Shown: positions 16,673-24,445, numbered from the stretch's first letter. The stretch is 32,868 nucleotides of DNA from an uncultured Candidatus Saccharibacteria bacterium (GCA_964418955.1 CAYQNN010000002.1:1-32868), one strand, 5' to 3'. Notes: a model not told the origin generated them from the letters alone. Translations and numbers: made by a program.

Positions 16673-17494
16673 TTAAAAAGGGTCTTTTATTTTTATCTTA
16701 ATCTCCTTTCGGAAACAAAGCCGGCTTATTTTTTTTAGATTATACGGTTCGTCGCTGAAAAAAAATTGGTGATTTCTCCCTTTTTTAATTTGAGCAGCTA
16801 TTTGAGGACTGTTCTCTAAAAATAACTTAAGTTCTTTCGCCAAATTTTCCGCTGGGTTAATGATTTTGATACCAGCCCCCGCCACTTTTCTTATCTCTTT
16901 TTCCAATAAAGGATAATGAGTGCAAGCTAAAATTAAAGTATCTATTTTTTTTAATTTTAAGGGCATTAAATACTCCTTAATTATTTCTCTTGTTATCTTA
17001 TTATTTATCCATCCTTCCTCCGCTAACGGCACAAGCAAAGAACAGGGCTTTGAATAAATTTTTAAAGAAGGGTCTATTTTTAATAGTTTATTTTTGTAAG
17101 CATTGCTTTTAATAGTGCCCGGTGTTCCTATTATCCCGATTTTTTTGTTTTTTGTTGATGCCAAAACCTCTTTTATAGCTGGCGCTATCACTTCAAAAAT
17201 CGGTGTTCCTCTTCCCCCTAGGGCAGATCTGCCTTTGGCGGAAAATTGTTTTTTCAGAGAATCTGAAGCCCAAGCGGAAGAAGTATGGCAAGCAACAATA
17301 ACAATCTTGGCTCCTTTTTTAATAAGCCATTTGGTAATTTTTGCCGAATATCTTCTCACAAAACCAGCTCCTTTCGTCCCATAAGGAAGCCTGGCCGTAT
17401 CTCCAAAATAAATTATTTGATATTGCGGCAGATATTTGAAAATTTCTTTTACAACAGTTAATCCGCCGATACCAGAGTCAAAAATTCCTATCAT
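16673..17494 (-). CDS. murI: Glutamate racemase
   Basis: 273 aa. IGIFDSGIGGLTV, VIVACHTSS, ILACTHYPLL. Confidence 0.9.
   Translation of the reverse strand: MIGIFDSGIGGLTVVKEIFKYLPQYQIIYFGDTARLPYGTKGAGFVRRYSAKITKWLIKKGAKIVIVACHTSSAWASDSLKKQFSAKGRSALGGRGTPIFEVIAPAIKEVLASTKNKKIGIIGTPGTIKSNAYKNKLLKIDPSLKIYSKPCSLLVPLAEEGWINNKITREIIKEYLMPLKLKKIDTLILACTHYPLLEKEIRKVAGAGIKIINPAENLAKELKLFLENSPQIAAQIKKGRNHQFFFSDEPYNLKKISRLCFRKEIKIKIKDPF
17222..17233. repeat. 12-nt perfect palindrome GGCAGATCTGCC inside murI
   Basis: Lies within the GC-rich segment that encodes SAKGRSALGGRG. Confidence 0.8.
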
Positions 17495-17535
17495 ACTTTA
17501 AGTATATCAAAATCGCTGACTAAATCAAAATAATT

Positions 17536-17573
17536 AACTCTCTAAAATTCACTATCGTGAATTTTAGAGAGTT
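17536..17573. repeat. Perfect 17-bp-arm palindrome, core CTCTAAAATTCAC-N4-GTGAATTTTAGAG
   Basis: Located in the divergent intergenic region between murI and CDS 17708. Confidence 0.95.
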
Positions 17574-17600
17574 GACAAGTTCAAGAATAAGTTTTAAAGT
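17572..17600 (+). promoter_or_regulatory. Possible promoter, TTGACA-17-TAAAGT
   Basis: The -35 element abuts the right arm of the palindrome at 17536-17573. The -10 element is weak. Confidence 0.35.
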
Positions 17601-17707
17601 CTTAATAGTAATCATTTTTGGTTCTTTAAAAAATGAGTTAACCTTGGCATGTAAGCATTGCCAAAACAAAATCTGTCCCTTTAAAAAGAAAAGAGAAAGG
17701 CATAAAA

Positions 17708-18358
17708 ATGGATGCAAAAAAAACACGCAGGCAAAGACGCGCTAAAAGCGCTAAGAGGAAGGAGCCAAAGACCAGATTAAATATATTTTGGCATCGGCAA
17801 AGGAAAAATTTTAGTATAAAAAATCTGGTTTGGATTGTCAAAACAATAGAATATCTCCCGCTGGAAAAAAGAGCGTTAAGAGAATTTCTAAGTAGGACTA
17901 ATCTCACGTTTGATAATTTCTACCGCATGCTTGGCGCAGCTAAAAAGATATTTGAAAAAGACAATAAGATAGAAAAGGAATTCTGGGAAAAATGTCTTAC
18001 AATATGTACTCCTGATAATTTAGTCGAACTAACTGAAATGGGAGAATCAAACGCCACAAAAGAGCTTTTTCGTAGAATTGAAACCGGGTCTATAGGCAAT
18101 AGCAAGGCCAAGCAAGTATTAATAAGACTTTTTGAAAAAATAACCAACGAGAAAACAAGAATGGCTCTCTGGAAAAAAATCAAAAGGCTTGATTTAAATG
18201 AAGAAGAGTTAAAATATATCCTTGATTTACCGAGCATGTACGCTCTGCATAAAATAGTATCGCAAGCGCAAAAACTTCTCAGGCAAATAGCTAAAGGAAA
18301 TCAAGGAAGAAATATAAAAAAACTGGAAGAGCTTGTCGAAGAATTAAAAAAGGAATAA
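17708..18358 (+). CDS. Hypothetical all-helical protein with a highly basic N-terminus
   Basis: 216 aa. ATG is preceded by AGAAAGG. The only plus-strand gene between murI and mraY. Shared hairpin terminator at 18364-18405. No recognisable domain. Confidence 0.55.
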   Translation: MDAKKTRRQRRAKSAKRKEPKTRLNIFWHRQRKNFSIKNLVWIVKTIEYLPLEKRALREFLSRTNLTFDNFYRMLGAAKKIFEKDNKIEKEFWEKCLTICTPDNLVELTEMGESNATKELFRRIETGSIGNSKAKQVLIRLFEKITNEKTRMALWKKIKRLDLNEEELKYILDLPSMYALHKIVSQAQKLLRQIAKGNQGRNIKKLEELVEELKKE

Positions 18359-18363
18359 CCAAA

Positions 18364-18405
18364 AAAGGAGCAAGAATAAACTTTAAAAAAAATTCGAGCT
18401 CCTTT
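18364..18405. terminator. Possible bidirectional terminator
   Basis: AAAGGAGC...GCTCCTTT, 8-bp stem, long 26-nt loop, between convergent genes. Confidence 0.45.
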
Positions 18406-18429
18406 TATTTTTGAGAATATAATATTCTG

Positions 18430-19488
18430 TTAGCCAAGTAATCTAATTGCCACTCCAATTATTGCCGCCACGATGCCAATTATCCAAAATCGCATTGTAA
18501 TTTTATAATGAGGCCAGCCCTTGGCTTCAAAGTGATGGTGAATAGGAGCAGCTAAAAAAAGTTTTTTACGGCAAATTTTTCGGGAAAGAAGCTGAAGAAT
18601 TACCGAACCGGATTCAATTACCAGTAAAAAACCGATTACTGGTAAAACCAAAACAGAATCGGTTAAAAAGGCAACTACGGTTAAAGCGGAGCAAAGACCC
18701 ATTATGCCTGTTTCTCCCATATAAAACCTGGCCGGAGGAATATTGAACCAAAGAAAAGCTAAAATTGCCCCGGTAACTACTACGCAAAAGGCGGCTATAT
18801 TAATTTGTCCGTTGAATAAAGCAATAGCGCCGAAAGCGGCAAAAATTACAGCAAATGCGCCACCGGCTAAACCGTCTAAACCATCAATTACTCCTCCGCT
18901 ATAGGTTGCGAGCATCACTAAAATAAAAAAAGGAATATACCAAACGCCCATAAAAAAATCTCCATTACTGGGAATATGCAGAGCGCTATATCCTAATTTA
19001 TAATAAAACCACCAACCGCCGATTAGTCCAATTAAGGCAACTAAAAATAATCTATATCGTAACCGTAAACCGCCGCCGATATATTTTCCCTTACCCGAGA
19101 CCTGCAAAATATCATCTGCTATTCCCACTAAAGACGCAGAAATTAAGGCAAAAAGCGGCAGCCAGGTCTGGGATCTACTTAAAAAATTTAATTCTTGAAA
19201 CCAGTAAATATTTGTTTTAGAAAGAAAAAAGAAAAAAAACGCCAAAAATAAAGTAGTTCCCCAGATAAGCAATCCGCCAAATCTCGGAACATTGGCTTCC
19301 CCTTGACTATGGAACTTCTGAAAATAAACAAGGTTTTCGCCATCTATTGATTTTGTTCTGATTTCCTTCCGCCAAAGCTTATGTTTATATAAAAAATGAG
19401 TAAGAAGCGGCGTCAACCAAAAAGCCAAAATAAAACTAAGCGCTCCCAAAGTAAAAATTTTAATAACATCTATAGTAATTTCGTTCAT
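18430..19488 (-). CDS. mraY: Phospho-MurNAc-pentapeptide translocase (MraY)
   Basis: 352 aa polytopic protein. GIADDILQV, VIDGLDGLAGG, APIHHHFE. Confidence 0.95.
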   Translation of the reverse strand: MNEITIDVIKIFTLGALSFILAFWLTPLLTHFLYKHKLWRKEIRTKSIDGENLVYFQKFHSQGEANVPRFGGLLIWGTTLFLAFFFFFLSKTNIYWFQELNFLSRSQTWLPLFALISASLVGIADDILQVSGKGKYIGGGLRLRYRLFLVALIGLIGGWWFYYKLGYSALHIPSNGDFFMGVWYIPFFILVMLATYSGGVIDGLDGLAGGAFAVIFAAFGAIALFNGQINIAAFCVVVTGAILAFLWFNIPPARFYMGETGIMGLCSALTVVAFLTDSVLVLPVIGFLLVIESGSVILQLLSRKICRKKLFLAAPIHHHFEAKGWPHYKITMRFWIIGIVAAIIGVAIRLLG

Positions 19489-19601
19489 TGTCTTATTATT
19501 GCAGCTTACGCTGCATAATTACGGCATTCGGTTGGAGAAGAAAAATGAATTTTTCTTCTCCTCCCTCATTTGTAATTATAGTACTTTCTTCTTTTTTATT
19601 C

Positions 19602-19639
19602 AAAAAAAAAGGCGTAGAGTTTTTTATTTCTTCTACGCC
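19602..19639 (-). terminator. Intrinsic terminator of accB
   Basis: GGCGTAGA/TCTACGCC stem that includes the stop codon, with a 9-nt T-run on the minus strand. Confidence 0.7.
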
Positions 19640-20076
19640 TGTTCGGGTTTTACTTTAAAAAGCGGCTGGCCATACTCAATTGCTTCGCCATTTTCAGCAA
19701 GTATCTCCACAATCTGACCTGTGACTTCTGCGTTAATTTGGTTCATTACCTTCATCGCCTCTATTATACATACTGTAATTTCCGGCGTAACGTTTGAACC
19801 TATTTCAACATAAGGATCAGAATCCGGGCCCGGCGATGCATAAAATGTTCCTGGGAACGGTGACTTTATAACCTCCAAACCTTCATCGGGACTGCTGCTT
19901 TCAAGAAATTGCCCAATCCCTGGATTAGGAAGCGCGTTTGTCTGAGCGCCTGCGCGCTTCAAAAGAACTTTATCGTTACCATGGATTATTTCAATCTCTA
20001 CCAGATTATGGGTCTCCATTAACGCAATAAACTCTTTTATCTTTTGAAAATCAAAATTTTTATTTTCTTGTCCCAT
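19633..20076 (-). CDS. accB: Biotin carboxyl carrier protein (AccB-like), orphan
   Basis: 147 aa. AccB-type N-terminus (IKEFIALMETHNLVEIEI) and a biotinyl domain with CIIEAMKVMNQI. Own promoter (20133-20160), GAAGGAG Shine-Dalgarno and own terminator. One sampled line is 29/60 G+C. Confidence 0.85.
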   Translation of the reverse strand: MGQENKNFDFQKIKEFIALMETHNLVEIEIIHGNDKVLLKRAGAQTNALPNPGIGQFLESSSPDEGLEVIKSPFPGTFYASPGPDSDPYVEIGSNVTPEITVCIIEAMKVMNQINAEVTGQIVEILAENGEAIEYGQPLFKVKPEQA

Positions 20077-20132
20077 TACTACTCCTTCAAATCTACAGAC
20101 TTTTTATACTTTAAAAAGAACTATGATTTTAA

Positions 20133-20160
20133 ATATTACTATATTCTCTAAAAATGTCAA
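20133..20160 (-). promoter_or_regulatory. sigma70-like promoter, TTGACA-16-TAATAT, for accB
   Basis: Minus-strand reading. Confidence 0.6.
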
Positions 20161-20176
20161 GCAAAAACTAAAAATT

Positions 20177-21163
20177 TTAATTCTCGTTTAAGGCGTCTAT
20201 TATTTTTTGCATCTCCCCAAAACGGTCATTTGTTCCTAAAACAACATTAACAAAATAACCATCCCTTTTGGGTTCTTTCATAATTATAAGAAGACAGCCG
20301 GATGCTGCCGGCGCCCAGCCAGTTTTTCCACCAATAATTTCCGGCACTTTTTCTAAAAGTTTATTTGTATTCTCGGGGATAAAATGATGAAACGCGCCAT
20401 TCGGCCTTAAAACACTATAGGATTGATTGTCGGTAACTTCAAAAATTTGGGGATATCTTTCTAATATATATTTAGCAAGTTTTACTAAATCTCGGGCAGT
20501 AGAATAGTTTATCGATTTAGTTGGGTCGTCTGGTTCAAGTCCTGTCGGATTAAAAAAACGGGTGCTATCAAGCCCCAAATTTTCAGCGTTAATGTTCATC
20601 AAGCCAACAAATCCTTCCTCGCCAATCGGCTCGGTTAAAGCGAAAGCAGCATCGTTATCTGATTCAATCAGCATCATATAAAGTAAGTTTTCAACTGACA
20701 TTTTTTCTCCTTCTTTTAAACTGCCCCACTTGGAATTGCCTTCCTGTTCAACCGCCTCTTTGCTTATTGTTATAATTTGGGAAAAATTATAAGTTTGTTT
20801 AAGGTCAAAAACCACCAAAGCTGTCATTAACTTGGATATAGAAGCAATGGGAAGAAATTTTTCTGAGTTCTGTTCAAACAAAATCTCTTCATTTCCTTTG
20901 TTATCAATCTCGGCTGAAATTGCCGCTCTGGCATTAATCTTTAAGTTTTTAAAATTTTCTGCCCGTAGTTTTTTTTGTTTTAAATTTTTTAATTGTTTAT
21001 CAAGAAACTGCTGGTTAATTTGAGCGCTAAGCATCCTGGGATTAGTGGTTATTTCTTGTAAAAAACAAAAATTTTCAACATCTTTTGCCAAGATATTCAT
21101 CCCCCACCAAAAGGGCAGACCTAAAATAATAGAAACCAACAAAATTATTATTCTTCTTGTCAT
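20177..21163 (-). CDS. D-alanyl-D-alanine carboxypeptidase (S11 serine peptidase / low-MW PBP)
   Basis: 328 aa. N-terminal TM helix, SxxK (ASISKLMT), SxN (ESDND), KTG (GGKTGW). Confidence 0.85.
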   Translation of the reverse strand: MTRRIIILLVSIILGLPFWWGMNILAKDVENFCFLQEITTNPRMLSAQINQQFLDKQLKNLKQKKLRAENFKNLKINARAAISAEIDNKGNEEILFEQNSEKFLPIASISKLMTALVVFDLKQTYNFSQIITISKEAVEQEGNSKWGSLKEGEKMSVENLLYMMLIESDNDAAFALTEPIGEEGFVGLMNINAENLGLDSTRFFNPTGLEPDDPTKSINYSTARDLVKLAKYILERYPQIFEVTDNQSYSVLRPNGAFHHFIPENTNKLLEKVPEIIGGKTGWAPAASGCLLIIMKEPKRDGYFVNVVLGTNDRFGEMQKIIDALNEN

Positions 21164-21167
21164 GGGA

Positions 21168-22589
21168 TTATTTTCTCTTTCTTGTTTCCTCTAATTTAAT
21201 TCTTAATTCCTTTAATTGTTCTTCTGTAACTTCCGAAGGGCTATCCATCATTAAGTCTCTGCTGTCTCCTGTCTTGGGAAAGGCAATAACCTCGCGGATA
21301 TTCGGTTCGTTGAACAAAATAGCTAAAAATCTATCAAGACCGGGAGCAATTCCGCCATGGGGAGGAACGCCATATTTAAACGCTTCTAATAAATGACCGA
21401 ATTTTTGGCGGATTTCTGCTTTTTTATGGCCCATTACTTCAAAAACCGCTTCTAAAATTTCGGGCTTATAAGACCTCAAGCTTCCTCCGCCGATTTCATA
21501 GCCGTTTAGGACAAAATCGTATTGATAAGCTAAAATTTTATCCGGCTCTTTTTTGATTTTTTTTAGATTTTCAGTCTGGGGTCGGGTAAATGGATGATGA
21601 ACAGCAGTCCATTTTTTTTCTTGCTTGCTCCACTCAAACATTGGAAAATCAACAATAAAGGCAAAAGCTAACTCGTCTGGGTTATTTTTATTTTTTCTTA
21701 AATCTGGCTTATCTGTATTATATTTTTCCATTACTCTTTTATAGGAAATTCTGGGAAAAGGAATTTTTTGAATTTTCTTTTCCGGGAATAATTTTTTAAC
21801 TAAAGCTATATAAAGCTGTTCTGTTAAATCTAAAATTTCTTTTTGGTCCACAAACGACATTTCCAAATCTAATTGGGTAAATTCTGCCTGCCTGTCAGCC
21901 CGGGGGTCTTCATCCCGGAAACAGCGCGCAATCTGAAAGTATTTTTCAATGCCAGCCACTTGTAATAACTGCTTATATTGCTGGGGCGATTGGGGCAAGG
22001 CGTAAAATTTTCCCGGCTCTAATCTTGAAGGAACTATAAAATCTCTGGCGCCTTCCGGTGTTGATTTAGTTAAAATCGGGGTCTCTATTTCAACAAAATC
22101 TTCTTTCTGAAGAAAACCTCGCATAAACTTAATAACTCTCGCCCGCTCTATCAAGTTCTTCTTCATTCTCTCTCTTCTCAAATCCAAATAGCGATATTTC
22201 ATTCTCTTTTCTTCGTTTATTTCGTAGCCATCGCCTTCAATAGAAAAAGGCAAGGTTTTTGCTTTAGATAAAATTTCTAATTCTTCTATCGAAATTTCAA
22301 TACCACCTGTTTCAATTTTGGGATTTACCATCCTGGGAGGTCTTTTTGAAACTTTACCTACTGCCTCTATCACCCACTCCGGTCGAAGTTCTTTCGTCAA
22401 TTCGTAAGCTTTCTCATTTTTAGGGACGCAAACCAATTGTAAAATCCCGCTTCTATCCCGAAGGTCAATAAAAATAATTTTCCCGTGCGACCTGATAGAA
22501 TCAACCCATCCGGAAACTTTAATATTTTTACCAAGATATTTGATTGTTTTTATATTGAGAATCCTGTCCATTAAATCTATTATATACAT
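21168..22589 (-). CDS. aspS: Aspartyl-tRNA synthetase, bacterial-type motifs but short (no GAD insertion domain)
   Basis: 473 aa. FRDEDPRADRQAEFTQLDLEMSF, DKPDLR followed directly by FIVDFPMFEW, GVPPHGGIAPGLDR. An alternative start is Met7 (22571). Confidence 0.95.
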   Translation of the reverse strand: MYIIDLMDRILNIKTIKYLGKNIKVSGWVDSIRSHGKIIFIDLRDRSGILQLVCVPKNEKAYELTKELRPEWVIEAVGKVSKRPPRMVNPKIETGGIEISIEELEILSKAKTLPFSIEGDGYEINEEKRMKYRYLDLRRERMKKNLIERARVIKFMRGFLQKEDFVEIETPILTKSTPEGARDFIVPSRLEPGKFYALPQSPQQYKQLLQVAGIEKYFQIARCFRDEDPRADRQAEFTQLDLEMSFVDQKEILDLTEQLYIALVKKLFPEKKIQKIPFPRISYKRVMEKYNTDKPDLRKNKNNPDELAFAFIVDFPMFEWSKQEKKWTAVHHPFTRPQTENLKKIKKEPDKILAYQYDFVLNGYEIGGGSLRSYKPEILEAVFEVMGHKKAEIRQKFGHLLEAFKYGVPPHGGIAPGLDRFLAILFNEPNIREVIAFPKTGDSRDLMMDSPSEVTEEQLKELRIKLEETRKRK

Positions 22590-22780
22590 ATTTTTACTAT
22601 TTGAAAATACCTCTAATTTATCTGTGTTATTGACAAGACATTAAGGGAATGATAAGCTATTTTTTACAGTTGGGGAAAACTGTTTTTTATTTCTAGCTCT
22701 TTAAAAAAAGAACGCAAGCGAAAAAAAGCAAAATCTTAACAGAAACCGTCGTAGGAAAGAAAACAAAAACCTAACAACCA

Positions 22781-22809
22781 AAAGCGCGGGGATAACCTCC
22801 GCGCTTTTT
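22781..22809 (+). terminator. Orphan intrinsic terminator-like hairpin
   Basis: AAAGCGCGG-ggataacct-CCGCGCTTTTT. No ORF lies upstream. Confidence 0.55.
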
Positions 22810-22881
22810 AATTAAAATATAACAAGGATATTGTTTATTAATAAAAGTGTGCAAGGTAGAACCTTGATGTTTCATTAACCC

Positions 22882-22909
22882 TTGACAAGCTCTTTTGCTT
22901 TTCTATAAT
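22882..22909 (+). promoter_or_regulatory. sigma70-like promoter, TTGACA-16-TATAAT, with no ORF downstream
   Basis: Consensus hexamers. The next ~140 nt lack a credible start codon and end in terminator 23007-23056. Confidence 0.6.
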
Positions 22910-22915
22910 CAATAT

Positions 22916-23056
22916 AATAGAGAATGTAATTGTTCTTGTCGTAGCTCATTAAATTAAATTTATAAGGAGATCTATTTAAAAAAAGCTTTTCAATACCCTC
23001 CTCCGAAGCCAGATTCTAATTCCTTGATGTAGGGGAATAAAAGAATCTGGCTTTTT
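22916..23056 (+). ncRNA. Candidate ~140-nt small RNA (promoter-to-terminator unit without an ORF)
   Basis: Bounded by the consensus promoter at 22882-22909 and the terminator at 23007-23056. The only ATG is followed immediately by TAA. Contains AAGGAG and CCUCCUCC segments and a GGGGA-containing terminal hairpin. Confidence 0.35.
23007..23056 (+). terminator. Intrinsic terminator of an ORF-less transcript
   Basis: 11-bp stem AGCCAGATTCT/AGAATCTGGCT followed by TTTTT. Confidence 0.65.
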
Positions 23057-23067
23057 AATTTTCTGGC

Positions 23068-23096
23068 TTGACAATATCTTTAAATTTATATAAAAT
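23068..23096 (+). promoter_or_regulatory. sigma70-like promoter, TTGACA-17-TAAAAT
   Basis: Upstream of CDS 23154..23438. Confidence 0.6.
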
Positions 23097-23153
23097 AAGA
23101 AATTGTTGGTCTTTAATAATAGAATAGAGGAAATAAATTTTGGAGGATTATCT

Positions 23154-23438
23154 ATGGACGGTTCAAAATTTAATAATTGCAATGGAGAAGTATTTTTCGG
23201 AGCAGTAACTAAAAGCTGCGCAGTCATTGTGGGCAGGAGTAAAAGGACCGTAAGAGAGCAGCTTGCTAAACGAGGCGTTGCAAAACCTAACGTTGCTATG
23301 TTTAAATGTCAGCAAAGCGGTAACGATGCTCTAAAGAAAAAATTGCTAAACAGGCCAAGATTTAAACTAACATCCCACCATCATTTAGTTTTAACGAAAG
23401 CCGGTCTCAGCTTCATTTTACAAAATGAAGCAAGCTAA
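23154..23438 (+). CDS. Hypothetical small protein, possible HTH-like segment
   Basis: 94 aa from the ATG at 23154, which has GGAGGA 7 nt upstream. The ORF-track TTG start at 23103 would sit at the predicted transcription start of promoter 23068-23096. The segment AVIVGRSKRTVREQLAKRG resembles a helix-turn-helix, but only weakly. Confidence 0.5.
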   Translation: MDGSKFNNCNGEVFFGAVTKSCAVIVGRSKRTVREQLAKRGVAKPNVAMFKCQQSGNDALKKKLLNRPRFKLTSHHHLVLTKAGLSFILQNEAS

Positions 23439-23479
23439 TCCCCAAATAAATAACGGAATTTTTAAAGAAAGGTGCAAAA

Positions 23480-23662
23480 ATGGAAAATGGAAGTTCAAAA
23501 AAAGGACGCACGACTGGAAAAAATAAGGACAGACCAAAAAAATCGCGCTTGAAATTCCCAACTGAAAATCCAACAATACCAATTAGAAAATGCCCAACTG
23601 TCTTCGGACCTCAAGAAGACCCACAGGGGAATTTAGTAAACTTATTCATGGGAAGGCATTGA
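23480..23662 (+). CDS. Hypothetical small, very basic protein
   Basis: 60 aa. AAAGGTG upstream. K/R-rich N-terminus. No recognisable domain. Confidence 0.4.
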   Translation: MENGSSKKGRTTGKNKDRPKKSRLKFPTENPTIPIRKCPTVFGPQEDPQGNLVNLFMGRH

Positions 23663-23746
23663 TAAAAAAAGTAGATATACCAAAGTTCTTTAGGAAAATC
23701 GGCTTTAGCCATCAAATCAAATTTAAATTCTGAAAGGAGACAAAAA

Positions 23747-24154
23747 ATGAGAAAGAACGTATTAATTTTGGTAATGGTTGTTTTGATTAGTGGAATCTGG
23801 CTTCTGGGAGGATGTGAAAGCGATACTCAAACCGGGGCTCTTCTCGGAACCGGCATCGGAGCTGGCGTTGGCGCTTTAGCGGGCGGCGATACCGAATCTA
23901 CTTTAATTGGCGGAGCAATAGGCGGCGCAGCCGGTTATATGCTTGGCAATGAAGGAGATAAAAAATCTGCAACGACTGACAGGGAAACGATACGGCAAGA
24001 AATGAATGTTATCACCAAAAACGTTACTTGCAACAATGGCTCAATTATTCAAGTAAGATTGGCAAGGGACGGCGTTGGATACAGGGGCCCAAGAGGCGAA
24101 TATTATTCAACACTACCGACCGAAGATCAGTTAAGGCCGGTTTACGGGTTTTAA
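23747..24154 (+). CDS. Lipoprotein with a glycine-zipper domain
   Basis: 135 aa. AAAGGAG Shine-Dalgarno. Signal peptide with lipobox LLGG-C. Glycine zipper GALLGTGIGAGVGALAGG...IGGAIGGAAGYMLG. Terminator at 24176-24217. Confidence 0.75.
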   Translation: MRKNVLILVMVVLISGIWLLGGCESDTQTGALLGTGIGAGVGALAGGDTESTLIGGAIGGAAGYMLGNEGDKKSATTDRETIRQEMNVITKNVTCNNGSIIQVRLARDGVGYRGPRGEYYSTLPTEDQLRPVYGF

Positions 24155-24175
24155 CTACTCTCCAAAAAACAATCA

Positions 24176-24217
24176 GAGGCGCGGAAGATTATTTAAAATC
24201 AACCGCGCTCTTTTTTT
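24176..24217 (+). terminator. Intrinsic terminator
   Basis: GAGGCGCGG...CCGCGCTC followed by TTTTTTT, after the lipoprotein gene. Confidence 0.65.
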
Positions 24218-24229
24218 GGAGCTCTTTGT

Positions 24230-24287
24230 GACTTGCCCTGAGCTTGCCGAAGGAGCCTGCCCTGAGCGAGCGAAGCGAGCCGAAGGG
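24230..24287. repeat. 58-nt GC-rich repeat, intergenic copy
   Basis: 50/58 identical, without gaps, to 25603-25660. Confidence 0.9.
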
Positions 24288-24315
24288 TTGACAAAATCTA
24301 TAAATTTGCTACAAT
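24288..24315 (+). promoter_or_regulatory. sigma70-like promoter, TTGACA-16-TACAAT, for csrA
   Basis: The -35 element directly abuts the end of the 58-nt GC-rich repeat. Followed by a ~125-nt structured leader. Confidence 0.6.
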
Positions 24316-24445
24316 AAAGATAGTAAATCTATATAATTGCTTCGCTCGGCTGAAATGAAAATAAACTTTCATTTCTTCCTCACTTGCAATTATCAAAATT
24401 AGCTTTTTAACAATCAGCATAATTTAATTTGAAAGGAGTCTTAAA

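Noticed and set aside
17520-17907. ORFs 17520..17726, 17557..17745 and 17638..17907 around the murI / CDS 17708 intergenic region.
   Set aside because: They span the palindrome and promoter region or lie antisense to CDS 17708. No Shine-Dalgarno is present. Their composition looks non-coding.
19499-19717. ORF 19499..19717 (+) between mraY and accB.
   Set aside because: It runs through two leader hairpins (19500-19515 and 19534-19561) and the accB terminator, and is antisense to the accB 3' end. It is most likely noncoding.
8680-21920. Other GC-rich patches inside genes: lysS 8680-8710, murG 13000-13030 and 13200-13260, the carboxypeptidase gene 20290-20330, aspS 21890-21920.
   Set aside because: These encode conserved catalytic motifs (GMPPAAGFGMGIDR, SRAGAGAIFEIAAAG, KTGW..SGCL, DEDPRADRQAEF). 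Their G+C richness is explained by Gly/Ala/Pro/Arg codons rather than by inserted elements.
22976-23227. ORF 22976..23227 (-), the 23103 TTG start of the plus-strand ORF, and ORFs 24028..24231 and 24546..24731.
   Set aside because: The minus-strand ORF crosses a terminator and a consensus promoter. The TTG at 23103 would coincide with the predicted transcription start, whereas the ATG at 23154 has a GGAGGA Shine-Dalgarno. The other two overlap the lipoprotein and csrA genes in other frames or on the other strand.
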